Counted from the stretch's first letter, positions 1-15,100 are shown. The stretch: DNA of 64,000 nt from Antedon mediterranea (GCF_964355755.1 NC_092672.1:11222001-11286000); one strand, 5' to 3'. Numbers and translations are program-made. The notes: generated by a model not told the origin, from the sequence alone.

Positions 1-1199
1 TCGTTATCTTATCACTTTCATCATCACTGTTGATGTCTTCCTTCTTCTCATTACCAACATCCACTTCCTCCCACTTTTGTTATCGTTGTTAGTATTACCA
101 CCACGTTCGTTATTACATAAATGATGTCCTTTGAATGTGTGTCACGTGAAAAGATTCAACACATTTTAACGTCATTAACCATTGCACTTTATCAACCAAT
201 CACACGCCTTCATTCGACAAGTTCAAGGCGACGAGAATGATAGTATCTTGGGTCTGAAGTCATTATCATTCTACCCGGCTACAAAAAAGACAAAAACTTA
301 CTGTTTATCGTGGGGATAAACACGTTAAATCTAGGCCAGGGTTACGATGACAGGTAAAATAAATATATGACTGAAAATCACGCCCTAGGATGCGCAACCA
401 AATAAATAACTAGAACCAAAAAAATCAAATAAAACAAGCTATAATTATGTTGGTCGGAATTTTTTGAGCTGTTGCCAATGTATACGGCGACGTATAAATA
501 GTTTAATCGCAATGTAAATGTACTTTACCATACGTTACCTGTATGTAAGATTTTACACGGACTGAAAGATTTATACGTAGGGTCACTCAATGTCGATTCT
601 CGTAAAGTTACCACGGTGGTCTATTGTGGTCAGTTGAGTGTTGAAACTGCAGTGAAAGTCAATATCAAGGTCAAAGTAGAAGATAATAATTCACCACTAT
701 GTTATCCGTTTGTGCTCATGGTCCTTGACCCTCATTATTATTACGTACGTTAACTATAGACAATGTTCTATTGGTGTTAATTAATAGTTATAAAATAAAT
801 TACTACATGTTTCTGACATACATTCATCTAATAATAAGTATATTACATGGAAAAGAGAACCAACAAGAGAGAACACAAATCATAACACTTGGTACTCAAA
901 ATATGCAGTTATATAAGATCAAAACAGTAAACACAGCCAGCAATGGGCTACAGCACAGCACAGCACTGCACAACATAAAAGGCGTTAGCTGTTTAATACA
1001 AATCGTTCAACCTTATTAAAATGTGGTTCTTTTTGTTTTATAGCTTTCCATTAGTTTCATTTTAAATAGTAACAAAGTAAATAAAGTAAAATAAACAAAG
1101 TAAAACGTAGAAAATCATATAGATTACACATAGGAACCCTTCGCCCCATCAAGAAGATCACATCACATCACACAGACACCAATAGCCAACCGTGCAAAT

Positions 1200-1810
1200 A
1201 GAAATGCTTTAGTATACATGGAAATGCTTTGGTATAAATGGAAATGCTTTGTTGGAAATACTTTGGTGGAAATGCTTTGATATAAATGGAAATGCTTTGG
1301 TGGAAATGCCTTGGTATAAATGGAAATTCTTTTGGTGGAAATGCTTTGGTATAAATTGAAATGCTTTGGGGGAAATGCCTTGGTATAAATGGAAATGCTT
1401 TGGTGGAAATGCTTTGGTGGAAATGCCTTGGTATAAATGGAAAAGCTTTGGTGGAATGCTTTGTTTGAAATGCCTTGGTATAAATGGAAATGCTTTGGTG
1501 GAAATGCTTTAGTATAAATGGACATTCTTTGGTGGAAATACTTTGGTGGAAATGCTTTAGTATAAATGGACATTCTTTGGTATAGGCCTACATCGAAACG
1601 CTTTGGTGCAAACGAACATGTTCTAGTATACATGCAAATGCTTTGGTGCAAATGGAAATGCTTTGGTATATATGACAAATTATTTTGTGCAAATGGAATG
1701 CTTTTGGTTTAAACTAAAATGCTTTGGTGTAATTAAAAATGTTTTGGTGTAAATGGAAATGCTTTGACGTAAATGGCAATGCTTTGGTGTATACAGTATG
1801 GTATTCTTTG
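1200..1810. repeat. Minisatellite of GGAAATGCTTTGGT / GGAAATGCTTTGGTATAAAT units (14- and 22-bp variants)
   Basis: Directly visible tandem array. It explains the repetitive ORF 1163-1678(-). Confidence 0.9.
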
Positions 1811-2200
1811 GTTGTAGGCATTATACATGATAAATAAAAAATAATAATGAAATCAACAATTTACAACAACAATTTCTGTTTCTGTCTTAATACTTGATGT
1901 TTGATCTTGAAAACAATCATTTACTCTTTACAGCACTGCTGTATATTTGTATTTTCTACCATCAAACCGTTGTTACAGTTTTGTGCATTTAACACACATT
2001 ATATAATGAATTGACACACATAGAAATTACTAAAATTACAACAAATAAATCATGATAATAAACTTAAAAGTTCAAAGTAACAACAGATGTCACGACCTAA
2101 TGTTAATGACCTAATCTGGGTCAAACATTACGACGTCATCAGATTTACAACTGTGTCCCAGTTCAAAAAAAAGAACCATAGAGCATGCGTTCTTGAATAA

Positions 2201-2340
2201 AGTTCTGTCTACACTACCAAACTTTATGCGACAAAAAATCTGATGTTCCCATACAATGGACATGATGACGTCATATCACTACCATATTTGGGTACATGAC
2301 ACTTTTTTTGTCAAACTAGTTTGATGGTGTAGACAGAGCT
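2201..2340. mobile_element. MITE, PIF/Harbinger-like (TIR AG(C/T)TCTGTCTACAC...GTGTAGACAGAGCT)
   Basis: ~22-bp imperfect terminal inverted repeats flanked by TAA/TGA. A fragmented second copy lies at ~26974-26996 and 27154-27254. Confidence 0.7.
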
Positions 2341-5035
2341 TGACCCTACGGGTCTGAGAACCGGACATAGAGGCTCCTTGAGGAATACATATAGTCATTA
2401 GTAATAGTGTATTTTTAGTTCAATGAAAGATAAATGTTAGGCTTAATGGACGAGAATCCATCTTAAAGAGGGAGCCTTAACTAAAAATAATCTAAACCCC
2501 AAGCTTCCACTGTACTTTATTCAATTCAACTAAATTCATCGATCGACAAAGGCCAATATTAACTCATTTTGTAAACAAGGTAAGAACATTTTATTGACTT
2601 TTATAGAGTGTTTATAATTATTACAAAATCACTTATTTATCTTTTTTTTTGTCGGTAGGCCTAATTGTCTCCTATACTTTGTTTAATTCCAACCATGTAA
2701 CGATAAAGAATTTTCATTAATTTTATTCTTAGAAAATCTATACTTTTTTGTATAATGCACTTGGGGCACAGAGTACAGTTATTTTTTGGAAAAGTATAAA
2801 CTAAACAGAAAATAAAACCTTTTACACTTCAGTTTTCCAAAAACCAACACCATGTGCGATAAACCGTCACAGTTAATGCACCACAGTGCTGCTTTTTAAA
2901 GCTATTAATATCTCAATTTAATTTTCAAAGAATATTGATCATGTATCTTTCTACTGAAATTAAGACAATAGGTTTACAATTTAGAGATGCACACTCAGCA
3001 AATCAATATGTTAGTTTGCTTGTGATTTGCTTGTTCTCGTGTCTTGTATATTGCAATTGTTTTTGACAAAATAAATGAATGAATGAATCTGAAAAATGCC
3101 GATTAATATAAGGTGCAAAAAAAAAACTGTTTTCACGTCCCATGCCTAATTTAATTTTCTAATGGTCATTTACTGTTATAAAAGTTATATTCATTTAAAT
3201 GGTCTAATATATATATTTGTTATATATAATTGTATGATTGCGGTCGTCTACACATGCCACTGGATATCACTCACTTTTCGGCAGTGTATATTCTTCAGTA
3301 TCACAGGACGGTAATACAGCATCGCATGTACTATCATATCATAACTATTAACCTAACCTTACATGATACAGGCATCATATGATACACACGCTCGATATGC
3401 CATATTACCGAATATTGCTGATTGCATATTCTAAAAAATAACGAGTCCTATATAATTATTTATTACGAGATAATCTAAACAATATACGTTTGTTGCTTAT
3501 ATAACACATTTTAATGTTTGCATTAAACTGTATTTAATTTTGTACAAATGTATGTTTTGTTAATTGGCTTTTTAACTAATGTTAAAATAACAGAATTAAA
3601 ATTCTAGTTTTATTTATAATACGGTAAGAAGAAGTGCAACAATGCATCTTTAGCACAAAATGGGTTTTTATTGGAAATCATGTCTTCATCGACCCGTCTC
3701 ATGAAAAGGTCGTTGTTGATAAAAGTTAATAACAAACATAATGCAGTTCTATTTAACTCCAAGTGTTTTCGTTCCAGGACATGAAAATGATACCATTAAG
3801 GCTCAATGTGACGTCATTTTTGCCGAGCGTGTGAATTTTACTTTAGCGTGAATTTTTAGTGCAGCAATACTGTGCCACTTTTTGAATAAATTCAAATTGT
3901 GTAATTTTTTTAATTTTTGATATATTAGGCCTATTTGTTTTTGTTTCTATTGATTTGAATTTAGAGGGAAAGATGGCCTAATAAAGCCTACTCCATTATA
4001 GTCATTAAACATTATCATGGCATTTAAGTGATTTTAGCAGCTTTAAACCAATGACGAATACCCTTATTTCAAACAATTTTATATACTATTGTAAATCATT
4101 TCAAATGTTTAAATTTCACACTGTGAATTAGCTGTTCATTTCACTATATCAGGCTTAGATGTACTGTATTGAACAATGCAATTCCATAACACGATTACTT
4201 ATTTACATTAGAAAGTCTATAGGCATAATGATACTTCATTTTACTCAATGCACAGCCATCAGAGACAACGAACTCCTCCACTAACAATCTACGATAAAAC
4301 AAATCAATGACAAACACATTCAATAATAATTATATCATTTTAATTCTCACATTTTTGTCATAATTTCGAAGCACAAGTCTATCTAAATATACTTTTATGA
4401 TCTATTTTTAATTTGAAATGCAGTACTATAATATGGTAATTAATAATATATGGGTCTTTTGTGACGTAGATGTGTGCTTTGTGTATATCAATATATTTAC
4501 CTAAATGTATTTATAATTGCGTATCTTAAAATGCATGACGTCACAAAACATCATTAACTGTACGGATGGGTAAATATTAACGGATGCTACGTTTTTAAGA
4601 TCGATAAAGTGATTCTGTGCAATGGTAGGTGAACAAGCCAGGATTAGCCCGTATTTACATCGGTTTGTGAGAAACATCCTCTTCCATTCATTCAAAACGG
4701 AAACAAACGCGTTGAAGCGCGAGTTACCTGACAGGCAGTTATGTAAACGCACACTGATGCCACACTTCAGTCAATACTATTTTGTTGTTATTACGCCATC
4801 GATTTCAATGCCAAGTTTGGTTACGTTTCATATTGATTGTCACACAAATACTAACTGATCTGTTTGTGATCATTTAAAAAAATCAGATTTTAGCACTATG
4901 GTTTTGTTTCATATAAAATAGCAAAGTATCTTTTTATTTATTTTTAATTAGTCGTTATTGCTAAATTAAACGTAGCCCCCAACCCGCCGGACTTTTATGT
5001 GTGTAGCCGATTCTCGGTACTGTACAATTTGACCT

Positions 5036-5144
5036 GTATCGTAGGAAAATTATGTAATACAGAGTCACGTGTATCATTATGTAACGCCTGTACGCCTAAT
5101 CATACAGAAACCACACATGTGATACATTTCACGTGTCACTGTAT
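5036..5144. mobile_element. Short inverted-repeat element (MITE-like)
   Basis: gtatcgtaggaaaattatgtaatacag is the imperfect reverse complement of ctgtattatataattttctatgatac. A related remnant lies near 26120-26160. Confidence 0.5.
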
Positions 5145-6250
5145 TATATAATTTTCTATGATACTGGAGGTGGGACCACGTACAGATAATCTGGTGCATT
5201 ATTGTATATGTTCAAACGTATATCTTCGGGGACCACCTTGTGAATTAAAATGCCACACTATTAAAGATACAGAAGAAGTTAAAGGCGCTATCTTTTTTTA
5301 TTAAGTTGCTGCCTTCAACGAGCTGAAGATTTTGTAACGAGGAGGCCTACCTACCTATAAAGTGGCTGTGTGTACTAGTACACCGAGGTAACCCCCTCTT
5401 GTCTCGAAAGATGTACTAGGTTTTATGTACACTGGACCTCGGTTAGTGATTCATGGTAACCAGAACCATGGAGCGAGTGAGTCTCGAATCCTTGGCGATA
5501 TTATGGCTGTATATTACCGTTTTACTGTCTTAATCACTCACTCGCTCTATCCAATTGTTTAATTACATGTGCGGCATAATTGAGTAGAAGTATCCGGGTT
5601 CGAATCTCGGTTTATCCAGTATATTACTGCAAGGCGGTATTTTTTTAAAAGATTGTAATGTTTATTTTATTCCGATTACAAATGTAATATCATTGTTTGC
5701 ATACAGCAGAATACTATACTGCATAAGTATAATGATCATTTCCTAAAAAGTAGGAACTGCGGATTACCGTGCCTAGCTTCCATCGGTCTATTCAACGTAT
5801 TATATGATTATGTTAGGCCTATACTCAGATCTTCTTCCCTCGCTGTGTGATTAAGTGACGCGACGCGACCATGATGGTTTTAGCTTGCGGTGTGACGCGA
5901 CAATCACCTACGGTTATCATCACGTCTGTATAGCCGATGCGTCATCCACACTGGCAGTGTGTCACGCGTCGAAATGGAACGCAGTCTGGTGTCGGTAAGA
6001 CCTCGACACTACGAAGTCTGTCAAAATCGATTTTCTAGTTTGACTTGTATTTCTTGTACTAGAGAACGAGATATTTACACTCGCAATATCCGATTTATTG
6101 AATGCCTTAACAATGCAATCCTGGCGTCCAATAAACACATGGAGCATGAACTGGGGATATTGTAAAGAGTCTGCCAGATTTTTTCGCTATGACACCACGT
6201 AGGCCTACACGGTACTACAATAGGCCCTAAACTTGTATCAGTATGTATCA

Positions 6251-6582
6251 AGCTTGGTTCCAACTTTGACGCCACGCAAGAGCGTAAGGGCGAGCCGCAA
6301 GAGTTTTACTAAAGCTTGGTTCCCACTAGAACGTAACGCAAGGACGTAAACGCAACACAAGCGTTTTAACCAATGACAAGCGAAGTTATAGACAGTTAGC
6401 AATCACAAGCGAATAAGCCATTGCTTGTGATTGGTCAATTCACTTTGCGTTGCGTTACGTCCTTGCGTTGCGTCGCTAGTGGGAACCACGCTTAAGATGG
6501 ATCGGAACTGTCTTTTATGATTGCTTTTGTTGCGTTGCGCCACATTGACGTTTGGACGTTGCGTTCAAGTGCGAACCAAGCC
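6251..6582. mobile_element. Harbinger-like MITE (AGCTTGGTTC... ends) containing a nested related MITE at 6313-6492
   Basis: The inner element has TIRs agcttggttcccacta / tagtgggaaccacgct with TAA on both sides. The outer element has agcttggttc / gaaccaagc ends. Further degenerate family members lie at ~25944-26053, 31655-31812, 33864-33915 and 57500-57648. Confidence 0.75.
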
Positions 6583-9496
6583 TTAGGCCTATAATAATTC
6601 TCATTTAAACTCGCGAAACAACTGTGTCTGTTTGTGGTATCGATACGGACGCGGTGCGCCGCAAGTTAAACTTTCGGCGTATACATGGTACCCACCTATA
6701 CACCTGACAAATCAAATAGGATTTCCCATGATGATATGATGTCTGTGTGATGTCAAGGGCCTGTGATTGGATGCGTTCACGTGGGTAATTCCATTAAGTC
6801 ACCAATCATTGTTCTATGAAATAGAAATAGAATGTATTTATAGAATAGGATGCGACATTTTTAGATCGTAATAGACACGTTTAAATACTAAGTATTAAAT
6901 ATATTTCCGTCAGTGGTTAGTGCTTCTTCCTTTATTTCATTTAAATAGATTCAATGTATCAAATATAGTTGAATGCCATTTCGGTACTTTTATTTCCAAG
7001 AATATCACTCTCACAAAATTAAGGCTATACCTGTAGTGTATTTTTATTAATAAACTTATAAATGCACGAGTCGTTCCTCTGTTTAACAAAGAACTATAAA
7101 ATGTGGGTAATGTCACCACTATATGGAATCACCAGACGAAATAGGCAAAATGAGAAATGAAATAGACATGTGATGTGACAACATGGAGCCTTAATGCTCA
7201 TCAGATCGAAACCAATATTACTTGTACAATACAACTTGTTTGATGTCATCATTTAAATGTAAAAGTTATTCTTTAAACAATTACATAAAATAGTGAAATC
7301 CACTCCTTGAGTGAATGACGTGGCTATTTTGAAGAGTTTTTAACCAATCACAAAAGAATGAGAGTTCATCTAGAAAATTATATTCATTTTACTCTTCCAT
7401 TTTGTTTACAGAAAACATCGTCTTAATTGACGGTATGTGTTTTGTAAACGTGAATAACTATTACTTAGGCCTCATTTCGAAGGTGAAACTTATGGATGTA
7501 TAAATCGTCTTAGATTATGAGTTAATTTGCAGGATGGATGTGGGTTCACGACGATATAATGACGAGTTTTGGGGTTTAAGGTACATGAGAAAATATCGTG
7601 TAGTATCTTTTAAATGAATAATTGAATTCAATTTACATTTAACATCTAACATCAAAGACAAATTTCCACACCGATAAGGCCAAATTCATCGACAACTAAC
7701 AAAGTTTATTATTATTAATTTGTCGTTGTCTTGCTTTACATGTTTGTTTGTCTTGTTTTGTTTCTGTTTGTTTAAACTCCAATATGATTACAATTTCTTA
7801 ACTGGCTACCCGTCACAAGTTTTTTTGGAGGGAAACCTCCAAATGTTATTACTTTCTGGGTGTTGCCTTTTAATTATTTATATTTAAATTGTTATTTTGT
7901 TTACTTTGAAATGATAAGAAATAAATGTTATTATGAAGATGAAGATGAAGTCTCTATAATAGCCTATAGAATACAAAGCAAGATTGAAAACGAAACTAAA
8001 CGAATATTTTTATTTTATACTGTAAAGCACATTTTGATGCTGTAGTCCGCTAACAATATAGAAGATTAAGGTAAACCCCTCTTTTGGGACACCCCTACAG
8101 AGGGGACATTTTCCGCGAAGCGAACGATTGGAAATGTTAAACATTATACCATGATACGGCAAACTCTCTTCAGGAGACCATATTAAGGGGTATCGCAGGT
8201 GTTAAAGAGGTGGAGGGGGTTAATTTTCTAATAGGGCATCAATCAGCAGAGTGCAATCACACACATTTTGAAAATCAACTGGATGCTAACTTATTATAGG
8301 CCTTGATTGATGTAATTAACATTTTGAAAGTAGGACTTACCGTTGTTTATAATCGAAAAGAAAACTTTATATTACTTTTTACACGTGTTCTGACGTCATC
8401 AAGTGTATCTCAGTACCTTAGTCATCCATTACGTAATAAGGTCATTTGGATTCTTGTTTTTTTACAAACTTCTCGGGTCTGCTAGAACTGGGTCAGTACT
8501 TCCGCTGTGTGTGCTTCGCTCCCTGTATCTGAACAAGGGATTATCCCGGGTCAGGCAACTCTCTTATTCGCATACTCCCCAGGGACACTACCTGGGTTGA
8601 GTATTACAAATAGGCAACTGGTTGTCAAAATGCGCGACGGAGTACCAACGTCTCCTAAATCCACTCACTTAACTCACCATTAAACATGATTTCTTGTCGG
8701 TCATTATAGTTCCTGATGTAAAAACTCGTATAATTAGTTAGTTCCTTTACTTATTTTCTATAACTTTCAATTAAGTCATAGCCTACATGTATTAGATAAC
8801 GAAATAACTATCCGACAATTAACACTAGACTCAGTCTAAAGTTAGTAATGTCATTATAGACAAAAAACGTAATAATAACGGCTAATGTTTTAATTTTCTT
8901 TAGCTTAACATTTGCATGTTTTTTCTTCAAATTATAGATCTTTCATTTCGAACCAATTAGTACGGTATGTTGTTTATGGTTATTAGGTCTAATGATTATG
9001 AATATGATTAGCGGTCTATAGCCTTTAATTACTATAAATGACATAGGTGTACTTACCGAAAGTGTATGCATGATTGACTCAACAAAGTGTCTCCGTACTG
9101 TAATAATGCATGGCCCCTGAAAATTCCTCTAGTCCGTTCGCTTCACAGAAAAGTGTCCCCTTAATGGAGGTAACTACTACCACACCCTATGAAATGAAAA
9201 AATTAAGATGAATACATCATTTTGTAGTTTTAATAATTTAGTACTTTTAATAAATTTATTCACTATTTCAAAAAAAAAATATCAATAATGATTTCGCTTA
9301 TATACTATTTATATATTTTTGTAGTCTTTAAGAGAGATTCTTTAAATACCGTAGCCTATTCAACAAACAAATGTTAAATTATCTTTATGATAATTTAGAC
9401 CCGAATTGATTATTTTTTTATCAATAGTTAAAATTGTAAAATCAAGTTGATAACTACCAATGTGTGCCGTTGTCATAACAATAATAATATTTTGAA

Positions 9497-9734
9497 ATGT
9501 CATTTATGAAAATTCACTAAGGTATGTCATTTATGCAAATTCACTAAGGTATGTCATTTATGCAAATTCACTAATGTATGTCATTTATGCAAATTTACTA
9601 CGGTATGAAATTTATGCAAATTTACTAAGGTACCGTATGTCATTTATGCAAATTCACTAAGGTATGTCATTTGTTCAAATTCACTAAGGTATATCATTTA
9701 TGCAAATTCACTAAGGTATGTCATTTATGCAAAT
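9497..9734. repeat. 27-bp minisatellite ATGTCATTTATGCAAATTCACTAAGGT (~8-9 copies)
   Basis: Directly visible tandem array. Confidence 0.92.
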
Positions 9735-12167
9735 AAGCAACTCATTTCATTTAATTGAAAACGCGCATTTAAATATGTTGTGTTAGATATTATTTTGAAA
9801 ATTACATTATAAAAAGTTACATAATAAGCAAATTAAAACATTATAGAAAGTTCAGTGGTTTTTATTATAATTTTTTTAATGAGCGCGTCCACTTTGTGAT
9901 ACTGAATACATTGTTATTGTCAACAAGAAGTGATAAGGAAATGTTATTCTTTAAAATACATCTAATCTATTTTAAATTTTCTTAAATCAACCAGTTTGTT
10001 TGGCACCCGAAGTGACAAAAAATAAATGAAAGAAAGGGAAAAAGGGCAGAAAAACAGTGATTAACTTTTGTACTTTTTAGGCGGATTAATCGCGCTTTAA
10101 GGTGAACACTAAGCCTTGCTCATTATAGATTGACTAAAACCCGATGCTGTCCCACTTACAACACAAGGTCAAATATAGCCCGCGGCGTAATATTTCCCTA
10201 AACGCACCCTGTGATTAGTAATCGATTAATATTTAATTTCTTATACATGAACTCCGGCGATTTACTCATATTTCGCCTCCCTGGACGGCTGCCCCTAACC
10301 CAGAGACCTATATTTTCCCAGCGCGGCGACAAAATATTAAAAGATATTCTAGACTAAAAGGAGATAACAACCTCGTATTTCGAAAATGCATTTTAATGTT
10401 TTACTCAATTCAGTAAGCCAAATATAATTGTCTTAAGTCCTATAGATGTTGATGTAGAGTACCATGAGGATATATTTTTTATATAAAATGAGATTAAAAC
10501 ACTCTAGAAGAATAAACAAAATCTGTTTTTGGTACTTTTTTTAAACAAAAATTTAAGTGTGATTAATATTCTAGTTTTGTAGAATGAGGTATCAATCACT
10601 TACTTAGTTAGTTAATTATATTAATTAATGTGTATCAATTACTATTTTGTTCAGAATGGTGAAATGCTTATACATTATATTATATAGGCTAAATCGTTAT
10701 GAACCCGTACCTTAAATATTGTATGTAAAAAGTAATCTCGTAGGCGTACATAATTAATTTTCATAAAAATGTTGTTTAATGATGGATGGAAATCCATAGA
10801 GATTATATACACAAATGAAATAATGACATTTATAGTATGTATATACTGTACTTGAATGAAAAAGTTGCTAAAAATATACCGTAATAAATAACCCGTAATA
10901 AATAAACATCGGAAATACTAAAACTTTTGTTAGAATATGGTCACGTGTTATGTGTAAAACCTATTTGAGCTATGAGGATTCTAATAAATTTGACCAACTC
11001 ATTGTATCTAAATGACTGTCAGTAGTCAGTTACAATCTACCTAGAGACAGTTTAGTTGCAGAATTGGGTGACCACGTATTTTTTGTTTTGTAAATTGAAT
11101 TCGAGTTGTCTGTTATTCACGCCAACAGTATCTTTGTTTAGTTTATGATTTGTTCTTGTTTGTTCTTAATTAAATTGTTCAAAGTCTTTATTAGGGTGCC
11201 CTCAGATAAAACTCAAATATACAAAATACATAAACATATTAAAACTAAGACTAATTTAAATTTTTTTAATGTTTTTCTAAATTATTGTTGAGAGAGAGAG
11301 ACATAAAGTTCGAAAAACAATAAAAATAGAACATTATTACAATGTATGACCCTTACATTATTCACTCACGGTTTAATCTCTTCTTGTTGGGTTATAGGAC
11401 GAGCTTTGAATGTATTGTATCATTCATGTATTCTTATAAAGTTCTACACTAAATCAAATTTCGCCATTTTGAATTGTTTGTGCCAAAAAAAATCATAAAA
11501 TATAATAAAAAATATATATCTTATTTATTACATTATTTTATTATCTTATTCTTACTATATATAACATAGAATCTAAATGATAAATGTGAATTATAATTTA
11601 ATTTCTGAAATCAATTATTAATTGACATTTAAAGGATTGTTTCGATTTGTTATATATCAGACTGTACGATCAATTATGATGTAATATTTATCAAAAATGT
11701 CTTTGAAAATGACTAATCCTATTGCATTTTATTTTAAATAATAACTTTTCACAATTGTTGTGTATGCTTATTGAAACAGGAATGAATGAATAAGTCGGTT
11801 CTATGCTAAAATCGGTCTCAACTTGTTCTTTAAACGTTCTGTATTGGATTGGTTAAGTAACATATCTTTCAAATATGTCCTAGCACCGCGCTCACTTGGC
11901 CCTAACGAGTAAATGAGCTGTAAACCCAACGAATTAACCTACAAAATTAAACCTAGCCCCAGGGTACAGCTTCCGCCTTTGGCATCGTCATTTTCAAGTC
12001 CAAGGTAAAACGCAAACGATGTAGGCCTAAATGACTAGACTGTGCCAACAATATGGGAAAGGTCTAAAACACATTTTCAAATTTTCAAATTCTAAAATGT
12101 ATTATATAATTCATGGCACTCCGCCTGACATTTACTGGCTTTTTTATTCCCTCTCTCTTCTTATAGT

Positions 12168-12198
<31 letters not shown>

Positions 12199-15100
12199 GG
12201 CTAATTAGAAGAATTAATAATGTGATTGAAAGGTGTCATCAAGTACTACATGCGTTAGACTTGCCCCAAGTCTGTATTTTTTTTTTTTTTTTATTTATTT
12301 GTTTTTATTTCGACCGCGATTTTTGTCTGAAAATACAGACTTGTGAAACACGTATAGAAATCGATTTGCAGACCGCAAACATACGATAAGAATGACGTAG
12401 GTTATCATACCGTATTTGGCTATATGGGGTGGGCGGTATGTAAATATGGATTTCGAATCAACCAATGATCATTTTGTTTCAAAATGAAAGAGATCGAGTA
12501 CGTAGGCCTACCAGTGCTTAATGTACGATCGAGACTGTTGAAATATAAAATAGTAATGCCAAGTTGTTTTGTTTATTAATTGTTTAGTCCTTGGCCTAGG
12601 CCTCTTTCGTAGGTCCTACTCAACTCGCACGTATGACCTGCCAAATAAAACGCCAATGAAGTAGGCCTACATACCACCGGCACACAACAGGGCTACACCA
12701 CCACACAGAACAGGACAGGGTCTGGGTGGGAATTAAATCAAAATTATCTCCGCGTAATAAATGATCCATTCAATGTTTGATTTGCGGAGAAGCTAGCCTA
12801 TCATATATCAAGACGAGTTTTCATGTTTCAAAGATCCCATCAAATGTTTACCAGACTACTAGGCATATAAAATAATTTCTAGCCTTCAGAACTTTCATAA
12901 ATGTACCCAAGTACACATTGTCTAAACGTAACATAGCGCATGCGCATCATCTTATTTGTTGAGTCTTTGAAATTCTTAAATATGAATATTTAAACGGTGT
13001 ACGAGAGAGTAGCCAATCGCATGCAGCTGAAACTAGTCAACCGGATAATCGTATGCACCAAGAATTCTTGGTGTCAAACCACGTGACTTGTGCGTGTTTC
13101 CCCAGACGGAGTATCCAAAATCAAGTAGTATACGTATGAAACGCCATATGTGCCAAAATATTTATCTTTTAACTAATATTAAGACAAAACTCCGTCTGGA
13201 ACCCAGACTATACATGCGTTTGCGAACATAGGACAGTAGCACCGTTAAAACAAGGAGTCAATTTTCTATATTTTTTATATACACATTTATATACGTTTTT
13301 TTAAAGATTCTGCTATAGGCTAGATTGGGTTAGACTGGGTCTATATTACTGCCACCTTGTCTGACACAGATCTGATAAGAAAACAATTTTAAATAATAAA
13401 AAATAACATGAGCATGCGCACAATTCTCTATTATAGTGCAAGACGATGACCACCATCAAACACGATCCTCTTTATTTCTTTGAAACGCATTCTTACTAAC
13501 CGAAACAATATAAACTGACTACTTGAATTTCAATGAAGAAGAAAGGCACTAAAAATATGTTTAACCTGAACCGCAAATCCCAGATCAACGGAGAGTTGGC
13601 AACACAAAACATCAGGGACTCGCGTACAGGGAAACCACTGTCCCACGACAGGAACGCAATTTTCGCTAAATCTCATCCGTGTAAACTATATGTATTGTTT
13701 TCAGATTGAAACCTTCTTATTTAATTTGGCTAACGTTAAGTTTTAATTTTATTTAAATACAGTACAAAGTGATCGTATTTCGTACGGTGCTTTTTATTCA
13801 TTCTGTTCATAGAAATATAGGCGTGGGCGTCTCCAGTTAAACATAGCTACATTACAGAGTTTCAAGGAACCACGGTTATATCAATAATATTAAAATACTT
13901 AGTCTACATTTTTATTATGTGCCATTGTTACGTTGTATATATTGGTGTTTCCGAGTCAATGACATTACTTTTGAAAGTTAACTGCAGAATTAAACTGAAG
14001 GAGTTTATTACTTACAGACAACCTACGTTGAGTAATAATATGGTGAATTAACTACGATTAGCAATACTGAGAACACAATCTACTGTATGACATTTTCAAC
14101 AAAATATTTTTACGACTTACGTAAAAAATAGTATTTTGAAATTCTGCACTGTACAGCCAGTTCGCATATGTTCATTACACCCGCCATTCTTTCAACCAGG
14201 TAGTATCATCATATCATAACATACTGTTAAGCATAGGCCTAAATCAATATTTTCTTTATTGCAGATCCTGGCTAAGGGATAGATATTACAATTCAATACT
14301 ATATTGCATTGCAACTTTCAATTGCATGGGCGTTAATTGAAAATTATATAAATAAACTAATATCTTCTGGGAATCATGTTGATTTCCAAATTCCGTGGGC
14401 CTACTGTACCTTGGAGAGGTAGGCAAATCAAATATATCCGATAAAAAAGTTACTTTTCTATGTCAAGAAAAAAATGTATCCAACAGGAAACAACGCAATG
14501 ACATTAATACAAATAGGTGATTTGACCAATCATAAGTCAGTTACAATGATCCCTGTGTTAGATTTAGCATTTTTCCCAAGAGTTTTTCAATATAAATATA
14601 TTCAGGACACAATATATGTAAAACCAATAATCAAATGTGTTTTCCCCTTTACTGCAATAACTTTGCAAACATTCAAAGAGTGATAGCACTTTTAAAATCA
14701 TTGTACAATGAAATTATACTTTTCCCCTGTGAAGCATAATATTAAGTCTCATGATATGCCTACAATTTCGATACGCCACTGAATGTTATGCAACTCAAAG
14801 TAGTTCAACATGCTGGCAAAAAAAATATTTTGAATGCTGTCCAAATATAGAATGAAAAACAAAGTATTAAGAATGATTACTATTTAACAATGTGAAACCC
14901 ACCGTACTGTGGTAAAACGTTTGGTTCCGATTGCGTTAAAATCTACTCGTTTTGAATTGAAATTTGTCGATAAGATCCTAACGAGATTGTAATTGGTTGT
15001 TATATTCCATAGCGTGTGGTTGAGCCTAGCAACTGATTTCAAAATTGATCCCATTTGTAATATCGGTATGTTTCGCTAAGGAGACGTGATAAAATTTGCA

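Noticed and set aside
1-120. Minus-strand acidic stretch (KWEEVDVGNEKKEDINSDDESDKIT) at the window edge
   Set aside because: There is an in-frame stop just upstream and no clear acceptor or start, so it cannot be supported as CDS from this window.
1163-1678. 171-aa ORF with SIYTKAFPPKHFH repeats, superficially like a zinc-finger array
   Set aside because: It is a translation of a 14/22-bp minisatellite with shifting frame, lacks the Cys pairs of zinc fingers, and has no splice support.
5580-5620. GGGTTCGAATCTC B-box-like motif suggesting a tRNA gene
   Set aside because: No cloverleaf can be folded around it. More likely a decayed SINE head.
13057-13074. 18-bp palindrome CACCAAGAATTCTTGGTG
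   Set aside because: No flanking direct repeat, so it is not counted among the scars.
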